Origin: Bugula neritina
Taxonomy: Eukaryota > Animalia > Bryozoa
Assembly: GCA_964035545.1 (NCBI GenBank)
Contig: OZ037765.1
Location: 17,050,995-17,114,994, forward strand
DNA length: 64,000 bases
Direction: 5' to 3'
How positions within the stretch are numbered: position 1 is the first letter of the stretch; each line of letters starts with the position of its first letter. Position numbers and translations under genes: made by a program. This document shows, piece after piece, positions 23,525 to 41,951 of this stretch. Below the pieces are notes generated by a model. That model had not been told where the DNA came from, did not search any database, and worked only from the letters and a program-made list of their open reading frames with translations.

Positions 23525-24089
23525 TCAGAAGTGTAATAGGTTGCTCAAAACAGAAGCTAGTAGGCCACAACCAAACAAGGAAGAACTATTGATGGACAAA
23601 CTGCGTTGCAACTGTTTGTAGTGATAATTGAGATTTTGCGTGTTACATTGAGTTAGTATTTTGACATAAGTGTGTGCTTGGACTGCTTGCTCTTAGCACC
23701 GCTGTTGTGAGCTGTGCCATGTTGAAATAATGAATATACTAAACGCCTTTTAGCGACACTTATACAATATATTTTGTTATTAATAATCATAGAACAATTA
23801 ATGGCACTCATATAAGTATGGTATTAACAAAATACTTGTATAAAGTTTTACATAATGTACAAAATAAACTGTTATAATTTACGTAAGAACATTAAGCTTA
23901 TTACATTTCACCTCCTGGTTAACTAAAGATTATTGTTTTAAATTATGGACACTGTCGAAACAAAAGTGTAAATATTTGCATAGGAGCATGTCTCTACTAT
24001 CAACATGCTGTTTTGTTTCTTTTTGACTCATTACATCTTTGTCAAAAATGAGAGTATTTCAAATTCTACATGTGCTACCAAAAGTCTCC

Positions 24090-28076
<3,987 letters not shown>

Positions 28077-31000
28077 AGATTCTTCAGATAAATTGATATA
28101 CCAAATTCCATTGATAAAGCAGAATCTAGAAAATAGTTTGAAACTCACATGATGCTAACTGTGGGAGAGAGGCTGTTTACCTTGAACACATTAAATATTG
28201 TAGCTATACATGCCCTTTGTCAATTTTTACAATGAATCTTTTGTCTACCTGAAGCTAAACAGAAACTTGGTGCTATTCACAAATAATATGTGAATGCCAA
28301 CAGCTTCTCCGATAAAACGGGTCACTATAATATGAATTAATGTCACTTTCTCTAATGGCTAGTCACTAGCTTTCTGTAGAGAATCTCTTAACTTTAAATA
28401 TAACGTAACTCCTTATTAGCTATTTTTCATGAACTTTACTAATCTCAATTATACTTATTAATAACAGCATTATAATTATTTATAGTTATATCACTATTGT
28501 TACTTGATTTTGTGTGAAACTCAGGCCCATTCACTTGGCCAACTGACAGCTATAGCTTTTAATTATCCTACTTGAAGCTTACCTATTTACAAATAACGTT
28601 TGATGGAATGAATAAACCTGGAAGACTCAGTGTGAGTGTTTCCTCATTATCTTCAACTCAAGGTGTGTTTCAGTCAGCAAGTACAGGGATGTGGCTGTAG
28701 GATTCCAACACTCAGCTGTGAAATGACTAGTTGAGCTTTACGTTTTACTAGCGCTAGTTACCTGTTACAGCTTCAAGTAAACAAGTATTGATTTAGTAAA
28801 TTACAAGTTAACTAGCTGACGTGAAATTCAGTGAGTAAATGAAAACACAGATTGTTCTTCTGCTATGACTGTTTCACATTCTCGATCTCATTTGCATATG
28901 AATGAAGACATAATACTGTTGGCTCTCCTTTTATTAATGCCTATTGAATAGCATTTTATATACAAAAGTGAACTGCACACACCTATGACAGCTGAATCAC
29001 TGTAGAGGCATTATATTTTAGGTGTGGCTTATTGGAAAAGTAAAAAGAAATGTTTCCATTTTTTATCTGAGCTCAGAAACTTGATGCTAGTATGCTAAAG
29101 CTGTCTTACTGTAAAATGCGATGCATGTAACGTTATTACATTTGCTCAAGTACACTAATTGCATCAACAGACTTTAAAAAGAACTGAGTAAGATAATATT
29201 CTAATAAGAAAGAGCAATCTAGAAAATTAATGCAATGGTCTAGATTTATGATATTTACATATATTTTAACACCCTTTAATTAAGGTCCCCTTTATTATTC
29301 TCAAGTGTGAAAAACTGAGTCTATAGCACATCTTGTTGCATATGTCTATATAATTATTGTGAATTATTATTGTTTTTATAATCATCAAGTTCACAGATCC
29401 GCTATAGTTATGTATTATGAGAATGATAAACATCTAGATTAAAGTCAATAAGGCTGTATAAGCTAGATGACTTATTGTAGGTATTATAAGATTTCATACA
29501 TTAGCAGCAATGAAACCACAATTCTCTTTCATATATATGAAACCTAATTGCTTTTATAAATTCCAATTTATTTAATTATAAATCTTTATTTTCTATATTC
29601 TTCTCAAAAAGCAACTACGATAGTATTACCAAATTTGGTGTAGGAAACCTACAATATAGGTTTATTTTACACAAAGCCATCTACTTGTAAAATAATTAAG
29701 ATGGATATTGCTAACAGTAATAATGTTGGAGTTATCTTTCCTGGTTTGTGTTCTTTTCACTGCGGTTATAAATTATCATTGATGTGACAACACAAGTCGT
29801 CTATTAAAAGCTTTACAAATTGCTCTACTCTACTCTAAGCTAGCAACACACTCAATAAAGTCTGTAGACATAGTCTGAGAGTTAGGCACACACACATGCT
29901 GACTCTACATGATGAAACCTATGAATAACCTTCTCTACATGAACAAATATAAGTACTCATCAGTAGCACTTAAGAATATTTCTTTTAGCCACAAATAAAG
30001 GATTTTGTTAAATGAACAATGTCTGAAATATAGTGAAACATCAACATTGCCCAAGACAATGGTGGTTTTGAACACAAACTTACCTGTTACCTATGAACAT
30101 ATATAGGCTACAGCAGAAGATATTATCTTTCATTCAATAGCTGAGAATAGACCATGGAGTAGGTTTTAGTTTAGTCTACCATTTAATATATGCTAGCAAA
30201 TGTTCCTTAATTTTTTCCACCATATCTTTCTACTATTTACTCTCAACATAAATTATTTTATAGAAATAGCTTCAGACTAAGCTATGCCTATTATATACCT
30301 AAAATGTGACAACATATCCAATTTATAGGCTACACTCAGGTTAATAAATCAGAAAGTACTAAAGAAATAAATGCAAATATCTGTTGAAGAAATAATGTCT
30401 ACAAAAATCAGTGATAAACTTTAAGCCAAGCGAACTATCAACAATACCAAATCCAATGATATTATATAAGTCCATTTAGTATATACTGTAATATATCATT
30501 AATTTAAAGTGAAATATGCAATATTGCAATCCAAAATATTGAGTTATTTTTGGTGAAACTTATATAATTTCCTATTTTTCTTGTACATAGATTATATATA
30601 AATTGGCATAGACCTTTTAGAATAGGCAGTTCATTTTCCATATTGTGCCCACACATATGTATTTGTAGTGTTTTATAAGCTTTTTTGTGAGCAATATTAA
30701 ACAAAGACAGTGTCTTTAAAGAAACCATGATATACTTGTTGACAATTTAGTTGATGATGTCATATCTCTATCAGCTTACACATTGCAACATCAGCAGTTC
30801 TCTTAATGCATTTCTTCAGATGACATGCTATTATATGCAATCTGGGACAATTTCAAACATAATTTGTTGAAGGTACTAATAGAACATGCTGCATGCAGAT
30901 GACACAGAAAAAATAAAATTAGCATGCTCTTGGCACAAACTATTGCTTTATAATAAATTATAATGCATTATCCAGTACTGGACATAGCTGCAATATAAAT

Positions 31001-31229
31001 TCCTGGTCAAAACATGCTCAGTTTTTCACGGTGGACGAATGACGAGAAAAGATAACTCTAAGAATATACGTAAAATAATCACGTGACTGCTATTACCAAG
31101 GCCACCAATAAACGAAATGGAAACGCACGCTTGATACGATAAGCATTTGTTGAGTATCCATTTTCCAATGTTATAACACCAAACTTCAGTCTGTGCACGT
31201 TGTTGATATTTTATCACAAGCAATAAAAA

Positions 31230-34200
31230 ATGCCGCGTGAGAAGGTTCAAGAATATTGGATTGAAGACAGTGTTAAAGATAAAGCCTTTGATGACTACTA
31301 TATTTTAGGAGACGAGTTGGGAAAGTAAGTTCATGACTAGTTTAGTAGTTACTAATACGAAAGATTATTAGTAATAGTGATACTCATACTGATGGTGATA
31401 GTTATAATAAAAGTAGAACTAGATTAGTACTAGATAGTAGAACCAGATAGTGATACTGATAACCGGATTGGTTATTGATATTCATATTGATATTAATTAA
31501 TTAAAATAGTATTGGTTATAGTTAGCATTGTTTGAAACATTGAATATTTGAATAGATCAAGGTGCAGACTAAATACTAATATAATCATAATGATAACCCT
31601 AATGATCTTTCATTTCAGTTTTATTGATAGCCATATAATATTTATGTTCAAAGTAACACAAACAGATGCACTATAAAAGTATAATAATTGTTATAATTAT
31701 AATAACATAGTCATATAATCATTATGATAATTTTATAGTCACACTGATACTCGCAAGTCATAATCATACTGGTACTCATAGATCATAGTGATTGTGATTA
31801 TTATAGTAATAATAAATACTATAACAATTACTTACCATAGACTAACTGGTGATGGTTATATCGAATTGATAATTATTAGGGTGATCAAATCATTATCACC
31901 ATGAAATTAAATTGAAATTGGCAAATAAATCAATTATAGAAGATCAATATGGAAGATGTAATTTTTTTAAATTTTATATATTCTTTGTTTCAAAACAGTT
32001 GCTTTCATCATTGATTTTCAACTATTACTTACAGTAAATTAATGCAAATTTTATCAAACTTAACTCACTGAAATTTATACCAAAAGCAACTGTACTGAAT
32101 TATATTGTTGTCACATCTTACTTTTTACCTATATTGTAGTGGTTTTTGGTAATCTGTTTTCGAATTGTCCTCCCCCTTCCCTTTTCTGTTTGTTTGTAAT
32201 AATATACTTATGCGAGCCGATCCTTGGCCGAGGTTCGGCAGTTTCGGAGTTCCTGAAGCGCGATTTGTCCAAATGTCGGGCATTTCAGGCACCGGAACTC
32301 CGAGATCCGGCTGAATGTCGGCGGACAATCGAACCAGCTTTTGGAAGGAGATTTTTGTTACCATATAAGAGGGCGAGCTCACAATGTTATTCAGTCTACT
32401 ACCGAAGCTCGCCCAAGACACTTCTAGAGAAACAATAAAGACACTACTATTTCAAGTTTACACAACATTTTTATTTGATCACTAGTAATAGACTATACAG
32501 ATTGCTCAATATATTTCATAAACTACTCAAAAATACTACAATATTACTTGATATGTTGCATTGCGCCTACTTAAAAATAAGCAAACAGTAAATATATTGT
32601 AGTTATTGGTTCAAGTATAATTTTATAGGCTGGGCTAAATATGCTTCTGTTTGGTACACATTCCTAGCCAAACAGGTTATATTTTCAAAAATTAATGTCT
32701 CAACCTAAACTTGTACAGAAACTTAACTTGAATTTGCTACTGCAGCAAACTGACTCAGTTAAATAAACATAGTTTTTATTATTTTGACTTACCGGTCATC
32801 TATGATAACTATGATGGAGAGGTCTTTTTAACCTACTCATGGCCAACATGCATGCTTTTATTTATCTTAATTTTACCACCTAATTTTCATGTATGTATTG
32901 AGCCGCTAATATAATTATTAGTTTATTATTTTTTCTGATTGCAGTTTACAAAAATACCTTTAGTTGACAAACATTTATCATTGGCTTTTAATTTGAATGC
33001 ATGAAGTAAGTTTTTTCAAGCGCCTCCAGCACCCTAAGGCCACTAGAAAGGCAAGTTCCGAGAAAATCAGTCTGCTGGCCATGAACCATCAAAAGGTTAT
33101 TATAATAACTTTTTTTATGTAATTGTAGAGGTGCTACATCCACTGTATACAAATGTAAGCAAAAAGGAACTGGACAACCCTGGGCTGTGAAGGTCATCAA
33201 TAAAAAGGTCAGCTAAAATTGCTATTATATATTTTGTAAAATTGAGTTTCTGCTAATTTAGTTTTACAAATCAAAACTACTTCAACTTTTTCGTAAAATT
33301 GTAATTTTAGAATTGTTAGCAATAATTCAAGTGATTTTTGCCATGCTCATTACTCTAAAAAATTTTACAGAATAAAATCAACTTATATATAAAAAAAGTT
33401 ATGCCACAAAACTAAGTGTATTTGCTCACGCTGCATGTTGCATGACGTTGTGCTTTCTATAGAACAAAGACTGCATAAGACGTATACTTTCTGTCAGACA
33501 ATGCTGAGTTAATGTTTTCTTACACTTGGTCTCATTTTCTCAAGTATAGGATGGCTTCTTTTATTGTTGCATGAAACAGTGTGCAGTGATATGTATCAAT
33601 TATTGAATAACAATATTACGCATTGTTTCATTAGTGAAGTGCACATCACTGCCTCTTTATTCCATCGCGTCAGACATATTTGATAATTCAATAAATTTGC
33701 AAATACCTAGACTAGCTGCTATTGCTTGCTACTTTTGAGTTTGTTGTGATTCTAAGATGAAGTGATTGTAGCAGATATTATATAAACATGTGTTCTTGTT
33801 TGATATACACATGTATTATTATATATACATGTGTTCTTGTTTGATATACACATGTATTATTATATATACATGTGTTCTTGTTTGATATACACATGTATTA
33901 TTATATAATATGCTGCACCCATGCATGTATTTTTGAAATAAATTTTGTATTTCGACTGTTTCTTTGCAGGTGGATAAAAAAGTTGTCAAAACAGAGTGTG
34001 GAGTCCTTCTAAAAATTAAGCATAAAAATGTGGTGGGTTATGAAGCCTTTTATAATAACGCGGAAATAAGCTTGTTGATGGTGAAAATAGTATATCATTT
34101 TTATGATTGTGAAAATTAGAGCTTGTCTAGTTGTGTACTAATTCTCATCAGTCTACTATGTAGGTTCAGTTTGCTAATAATACACTTGCCGTAATAGTTA

Positions 34201-37200
34201 CTATTACTGAAATTATTCAGCATTTCATAGATTCGTCTGAAAGAAATATTTGAGACACCAACGCAAATGCACCTGGTTTTGGAACTGGTGACTGGAGGTG
34301 AACTTTTTGACAGGTAATTGTTTTTCTTTATATTCATCTTGAACACACTAATTAGCTGTGAGCAACAACAAAACAAAATAGTAGGAATTGATCATTGTAA
34401 AATGACTGCTTGCTACCATATATTATATATTATATATTATATTATATTATATTAAAGTTGATATGAGGTTCATTCAGTGTCTATGGCTTACTTATATTAC
34501 ATAATCACAGTAGCTCTCATACCTAACATTGCTAATATCAAGTCAACATTTTAAACTCATATAATTAGCAGTTTCGTTTCATTATTTTATATCACTTAGT
34601 GTTGTTTGCTATAATTAGTCAGCCAATAAACCACATATGAAAAGTTTTCCATTCCTCAGAGATAAGGCACAGCAAGTTATTAATGCAAACTTTAGTTACT
34701 AAACACGTTGGCTATGCAATTATTAAAGTTTCTCAACATCTTTATTGATTTTGATGCTAATCACTGTGAACTTCAAATCATGCTTCAGTAATCATTCAAA
34801 ATCTAAAAAAAAGTCCGTCAAAGGTTGTCGAGTGTTAGTCTGCTGGTTGCTCTCTTGTTTGGCAGGAGAGTTGCTTGTGTCAGACTATTCTTGTTGATGT
34901 GAACAAATAGTACTGTGTTTTATGTCAAACATCTTTGAATTGTTTGTAACTGAGGTCTATGCATTTATGATGTTTTTACAGGATTGTGACGAGAGGGTTT
35001 TACACAGAGAAAGATGCTTCTATATGTGTGAGAGAGATGTTAGATGCAACTAGAGTAAGGACAAACTACAACTTGTTACTGCCGCCTTGCTGCTGAGTAG
35101 CTTATAATTAAAGCCAAATTTAACATACTTCATTGTATGCTAAACAAATACTCTCTAATGATGTTAAGATGCATTTGTTAGGTGATAAATATTAATTATT
35201 AATTTGCATTAAAGTTTGTATTGATATTTGTAGTATTTACATGAAAATGACGTTGTGCATCGTGATCTCAAGGTAAGACACCACCATCATCATATATGTA
35301 GTATTTTGCCAGCAATCAGTCTAAACTCTTGAGGGTTGATAACATTACTAATTTAGCTATCCACTTGAGTGACTTGACGGTTAGCTTTGCTTATTTTTTT
35401 GATAAACTGCAAAACTACAAGTTGTTAACAAAACTCTATTGTAACACACCCTTTGTAAAGAAGGCTAACCAAACTCTCCTCTTAGGACTTAGATCTTTAA
35501 AATTCAGCGGTCCACGTCTTCGCATTGTGTGGGTGGTTTACTAACACCTCAGAGTTTTCACTCTTGGGACTTCTACGGAAATGAAGTCATTTATAATTCC
35601 GGTGTCAGTAGAGGACTAAAACACAATTAATATACAGTCAATATTTAGAAATACTGTTACCAAAGTAAAGTTTATATCTGAGCTGCTTAAGCCAAACTAA
35701 TTCTTTGCAAATATGTATTTGGTTTCCTGGTTTGAACTTCCGAAGACCTTGCTGTAACGTAAATATAATATACACAATTTTTAAATACCTGTACAATAAG
35801 TGTATGCATACACTGGTGTAGTATTTGAAAACAGAAGAGTCGTGTGTTTATTTGAAAAAAATTTATTCATGTCATGTGTTATATTCATTTCTGTGGGAAA
35901 AAATTTAGAATAATGTCATATTAAGCTATTCTCATAGGTAGATAGTATAGTTATTAAAAAAACCGCTTATGTAATCTAATTCGATAAGAAAAGTGATTGA
36001 GATAGACGCTGCTAGCCAACCAAACAAGTCTGTTATTGTCATGTTTTATGAAAGTTAAGAACTTGAATAATCAATACCTGCAACATTCGGCACTCACTGG
36101 TGCTGCCTCCCGTGTAGTGACTGCTGACATGTTTAAAGAAGACTCAGTCTTTTGCTTCTTTAGTCAGGCCTCAGAAATCTTCTACCAACTAGTCTGATTT
36201 TCCTTGATTTAGTTTACAGTTTACAGAAAGATCCTCTAAGAATTAAATATAATAACAACTAGTTTTTATATCTAATTTTTAGCATTTGCAATAAGATCCT
36301 ATCACAAGTGGATATTTTTCACAGTTTTATAATGTGTGAGTTGGTTTTTTTTAGTCGGTTTCAGAATTTAGCCATGCATTTTCAAACTCTGAGTTTATTA
36401 TTGACTTAAATATATATAACTAGACAAATTTACTCTTCAACAACGGAAAAGTAATAAATATGGTTTGTTCAATCAGCTGTTCAGAGGAGTTGTTGTTTTT
36501 CTTTAGCCTGAGAACCTTTTGTATGAAAGTGACTCAGAAGAAGCCCCTTTGAAGATTGGTGAGTTGGAAACTTTTGTGTTTTTATTTTAGAAAAGGAGAT
36601 CATATTTTTGCCGGAAAACAACACCGGTTAATGTAACTATGCATTTAAATTTTAGCATTTAATTTATCACATTTATTCTCTACAAACAGCCCGGTTTACT
36701 ATTTATCTTATAGCTGACTTTGGCCTTTCTAAAATCATTGGCCCAGAAGTTCAAATGCAGACTGTGTGTGGTACCCCAGGCTACTGCGGTGAGTAAAGTT
36801 GATGTGCGACTTTTTGTACTCTTATTTCTTGGTGCTGATAGAATGATCTTTAGAATACAAATTTGTTTATTCCAAAGAGCAATGCAAAACAATAATTATA
36901 AATGGTTTGTTATTTACTGCAGTGTTACTAGTTACTTACAGCAATATGTATTATAAAATAGTATATAATATATTACTCTTTAGAATATACTTATTTTATT
37001 CTTTTTCTCTAAAATATTCTATTGCATATATTTTAAATTTGATACATTGCATTAGCTTTTGATGTGTCTTCATGGAACTTGCGAGGTACATGTGCTTGCA
37101 ATATATAATGTCTAAATTGTTCTATAAGCGACTCCAATTTGGGGTGAAGGACGATTTTAATTTGGGGGTCTCAAGTTTGGAGTTGGAGACATAACTCCAA

Positions 37201-40200
37201 ACTTGAGAGCCTCAAACTAAAATCGTCCTTCACCCCAACTCAAAGCTGCTTATAGAACAAGTCAATTTGTCTAGCAGAATTTAGCCTTTTATTAATGATT
37301 TAGATGAGTTATAACAGATGTGCCGGCTGGTAAATAGACATGTGTGGTTAGGTTTAACCAATTTTTCTAAGGCCACAGTTTATTGGGCAATCATGTTGAT
37401 GCACTACTTTAAAAAAGATGTTGATCTTATGTTTATTGATTTTTTTTATCTGACTTTGATCAAACTTGGTAAATCTCTATGTTGTTATATCAGGCTAGCT
37501 AACATTTTATAATTTTATTTTATTACATTTTGCATATATCCTGGGATCGTATATTAGTGTAAGGATAAGATAATTATTTTATAGTAAAAGACTTCTATTA
37601 GTTAGGAGTTTGCTGTCTCAAACATTCAATAGCTGCGAGATATTGATATGTTTAAACTCTTTATGTTGTAGCTCCTGAGATATTGACGGGAAGTAAATAC
37701 ACTCCAGCCGTGGACATGTGGAGCATTGGAGTTATCTCCTATATTCTGTGAGTACTATAAAATGGTATAGAGTAGATAATTGCTTTATTGTGATTTTAGA
37801 ATTTATGCTCCATTTAAGACTTTCCTTTTTGATAGGGCAATGAAAGGTGTTGTGTGCTAAATATGACCCAGTGGTGGACTGTATGTATATAATAACTGTA
37901 GGGGTTCAATAGCATGAGATGTAGTGGCCATTACCTTATAAAGAATTAAGTTTGTATTTTTTAGATAAAAGTGAAGTGCTGGTGTGTATTTGCACTATGC
38001 TACTTTCTATAAAGTGTTTTACTCTACAGTGTTTTCGCCTTCATTTTATACTACTTCCATGTTATACCTCTGGATTATGTAATATCTCTGCTATGATTCA
38101 TAGGCTCTGCGGTTACGAACCGTTCTATTCGGAGGAAGGAGAGCAGGCGATGTTCAAGAAAATTCTCAAATGCGATTACTCTTTTCATGAGCCTTGGTGG
38201 AATGACATCAGTGAAAACGCAAAAGTACCTGCTTTTATTACTTTGCATTTTCAAATTTCTTATTATGAGTAGACAGGCTTTAAACTCTCCCACCAGTTTT
38301 GATATGATTTCCCAGTTTTGTCAATTTTGATGAAACAAATTGGTAAATGAATGATATAAATGAAGCTGTATATAGTTCGCAGCGAAATATATTACTTTCA
38401 CTACTACTGTTACTTTGCTTTTGTTTAGGATTTGGTGAGGAAATTGTTAGTCTTGGATCCTGCAAAACGACTAACTGCTTCTCAAGCTCTTGGACATTCA
38501 TGGGTTAAAGGAACTGCCAAGAGTGAGCATATGGAGGAAACACAGACTAAGCTTAAGCAGTTCAATGCGAAACGCAAACTCAGAGTAAGGCATTGTAGCA
38601 GTTGTATAGAATATTGTGTATTACGTCCCCTGCCTATTAAGTTTACACATGTTACCTATTTTAGTACAACTGCCCTGATTTCAGCAGCTGCCATTTTGAG
38701 AAAGTTGTCTTTTGCCAAAGTCAAAGTCAAAAATCTCTCAGATGCCTCAAGAGGCTTGAATATTAAGCTGTTGTGGCAATTAACTGACTATATTAAGGGT
38801 GGAATAATGGCTCTTCATTGAAATAACATTTTATATACTTGTGTACTATATGTGGAAGCAATGTTTGAATACTATGAGCTTAAAGCTTGAATTTTTATAA
38901 TTCCAAGTTATCTAGCAGCATAGGTCGAATCTCTTTACACTTGACTACCAGACCAATTCTAATGCTGAAATAATATGAGCTTTTAGACTTGTCATAACCT
39001 CTACAAATAAAAAAGTTTATTTAGCATACTAAAGTATGTAGAGGCATAGTTTTAGAGATTATTAATGGTAATAAAAGCTAGTGACTAAACTAGCAGTAAT
39101 ACTACTTATTGGAATTTAATCATTATTGGTTTATTTACGATCTTGAATCTATCAAATTGTGAATTTACATAAACCAGTCAGCTGTGATCTCATAACTTGA
39201 TGCTTGAAATTTCATGAATACAATCTTCTTTGTGGCAGCTGCTGTGAGAGAAAATACTTTCTGTTGAGTTGTGGCTCATTTTACTTTTTTTAACACACAT
39301 TGGCAAACTAGGACCAAAAATTAACGTTTGATCTAAATTCATGAAAATTAACTACCATATATGAGGTAATTTTGTGTGTCCATTCTAAATATGCGTAGCA
39401 AAAATATGGCTGGGTAGTTGTCCTGCAACATTAAAGCCCAACGTCATTGTCATATGAGCTAAATATTATATTATATTATTATGTGATGAAAAAATCGTCA
39501 CAAAAAGCTACGTTTTTCTACTAAAAAATTAGGAAAAAAAACAAAAAAGATCAAGCAAAATTAAAAAAAACCTTAACTATTTAGTTGTATTTGTTAATAT
39601 TTTATTAGTTTCTATGGGCAAAAACCATATGTATTAGCAGCTAAATTGTGAAAAATAGCCAAAAACTAGAGATATCCAGTGTGTACTATATTAAGTACAA
39701 TGACCCTTGTTTATTATACACTGCTTACCTGCACAGCATGTCTATTTTTCATATTATGATTGTTTATGATTTAAACTATATAATTATATTGGTTGTTGTG
39801 CCATATAGTGCTTATTCAGTGTGCTTTAAGAGCATGGTCTGCCTACGTTCCGTAGTCTATATGCACGCAGTTGAGACATACTGAGTATTATGTAAAGAAT
39901 ATAACAATAACTCAGGTAGAGGAGGAATGCACCGAACCCATTGACACTGAAAGTGCATATCCCATGATGGAAAATGAGCCAACTGCAAATGAGGCTTAAA
40001 GCAATGGTATTACTATATTCTGTTTGTGCAGTGATGACGTAGAGTAATTATGAGTGTTTAACCTTTCTGCCATTTGGGTTAAAATTAGATCTTATACAGA
40101 TTTGTTGATTTTATTCACATTAAGAAAATTTAAATGAAATAAAAATGATTAAGAGCTGAAAAAGTTTCCGAGTTTCTATAATTTCTTTGGTGATTAAAGC

Positions 40201-41066
40201 AGAGCAATCTAAATTTGAGTAAAAATGTTAAATTAACTACTTGCACAGCTTGAAGTTTTCTTCTTGGGCATAACAGCTTGAGCAGATTAACAGACACTGT
40301 TGTGGGCATCAACCCTTATTTCACACTTCTACTAACTTACTAACCTCGTTGTGTATGAAGCTTTATAAACAACTAGTGTAGGATTCTCACATGCCCTTCA
40401 CTGCTCACTTTAACCAGCTATTTAATTTTATTTTTAGCCTATAGCAGTTTTCTCAATTGTCAAATTGCATATTCCAAGAGAGAACAGTTTCCAATGTAAT
40501 ACTAGGTTGTTTACAGTTAAATTTCATGTAGAGATCATTGATTAACTTTTTATTTAAAAGGCACTTTTTAAATTAAACTAATTATAAGTTATTAGAAAGA
40601 ACATTCACTAAGCAAACACTTTATCTTTGGGAGATTATTAGTTTTTTCAATATTTGTTTAATAGTTTATAATGCATAGATTGTGAGATAATTGTATTTCC
40701 ATATCAACATTTCTATTGAATCTGGTCAAATTTTGGTTATCTGAAACGAGAATGCAACTTTTAATTCAGAAATAGCTCCTCTATTTAACGCTGTAATTGT
40801 TTTGACATAGTGTAAGCAGCATTTAATTACATAATTATTATTCATCCATTTTACTATCAAAACTATCAATTTGAATTGAATTACTTTATGATGCTATAAT
40901 TTTATAGCTCATTGTTGTTGACTGAAGTTTTAGCAGAATAAGCTTTAACATTCTGTAATGTATTTGTTAGGCTGCGACAGAGGCTGTGATGGTACTAAAC
41001 AAACTAGCTTTATCAGACAAGACACAGAGTCTGCAGACAATGAACACTGCAGCTTGTGTTCAATAG
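31230..41066 (+). CDS. CAMK4: Calcium/calmodulin-dependent protein kinase IV, 12 exons
   Basis: Exons 31230-31324, 33129-33207, 33970-34032, 34231-34313, 34982-35054, 35234-35272, 36507-36558, 36714-36788, 37672-37747, 38104-38224, 38429-38584, 40971-41066. Motifs: EYWIEDS, ELGKGATSTVY, ELVTGGELFDRI, HRDLKPEN, DFGLSK, TVCGTPGYCAPE, CGYEPFY, FNAKRKLRAATEAV. Confidence 0.92.
32135..32540 (+). mobile_element. Solo LTR (406 bp) of a second family in CAMK4 intron 1
   Basis: TGTAGT...ACTACA termini with ATAT on both sides (32131-32134, 32541-32544). GC-rich U3-like segment, TATAAG at about 32364 and AATAAA at about 32433. Confidence 0.75.
33786..33906. repeat. 41-bp tandem repeat x3
   Basis: Unit ACATGTGTTCTTGTTTGATATACACATGTATTATTATATAT. 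Confidence 0.92.
37117..37260. mobile_element. Fold-back (fully palindromic) MITE-like repeat
   Basis: TTGTTCTATAAGC...GCTTATAGAACAA ends, with nested arms GGGGTGAAGGACGATTTTA/TAAAATCGTCCTTCACCCC and TCTCAAGTTTGGAGTT/AACTCCAAACTTGAGA. A related copy lies at about 17871-17990. Confidence 0.75.
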
Positions 41067-41951
41067 CCTTAGCCCCTCGACTAGCATCATCTATGTGGAA
41101 TAACTCTACTTCATATGTTCTTCACAATTATTTAATGTATCGACTACTGGGTCTCGGAAGTAGACACTAGACTAACATATTTGCATTTAACAATCTTAAT
41201 TTATTGTTTTGATCTTTTTTGAAAATCAAATATCATTTCAGCCTGCTTGTTTATTTGTTAGCTTGATATTTTCAACAGGAAATATGGACAGAAACTGTTG
41301 AAGAATAATAACTGTTATTCATTAATGGCTGCACCTATATTTATGTTAATAAAATGTGACAATTCAACTATGAGTAAAAGTGGACATGTTTCCTAAAATA
41401 TATGAACAATGCATACTCAAATACAAATATAACTGATATTTATTTTAACTCTAAACCATCAGCAGAAAGAAAACCATGTAATAAGAGAAAATGATAATTC
41501 ACAATAGAATAGATTTAGCAAATGATAGATAGGCCTGGAAGTGATAAATAGACCTGAACACCAAGACAAGACATACACTTAATCAAACGATATCACAACC
41601 AGATTGTACTACACAGCAGTCTAACAGAATAATTTTAGCATACAACAATGAAATTATAAAATACATCATAAATAGATCATTCATATTATATAACATTTAG
41701 AGCTAAATTCTACAGCTTTGGCCCTTGAAACCCATTTAGCAATTTTTATAAGCCATACAATAGAAGATAATTCAAATAATAGGCATTCTTTATGTCTATA
41801 TGCCAAAAAAGTGAATCGTAGAACTGGAATATCCAATAAATGTGTTCTGGTGCCAATTTATCTACACATGAAGAGGTGAATCACCACAGGCAATATAATT
41901 TTATATTTACATGATAATTGATTACATCTGCACAAGAGAGGAAAACCCCAT

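Noticed and set aside
32125-32438. ORFs in the GC-rich island as a CAMK4 first exon
   Set aside because: The first coding exon is 31230-31324 by homology and phase; the island is better explained as a solo LTR.
33786-33906. CRISPR-like array
   Set aside because: The units are head-to-tail and identical with no spacers, in a eukaryotic intron with no cas genes.
38585-38821. Read-through C-terminus of CAMK4 ending GGIMALH
   Set aside because: There is a good donor at 38585, and the exon at 40971 restores the conserved AAxxAV helix. Read-through cannot be supported without transcripts.
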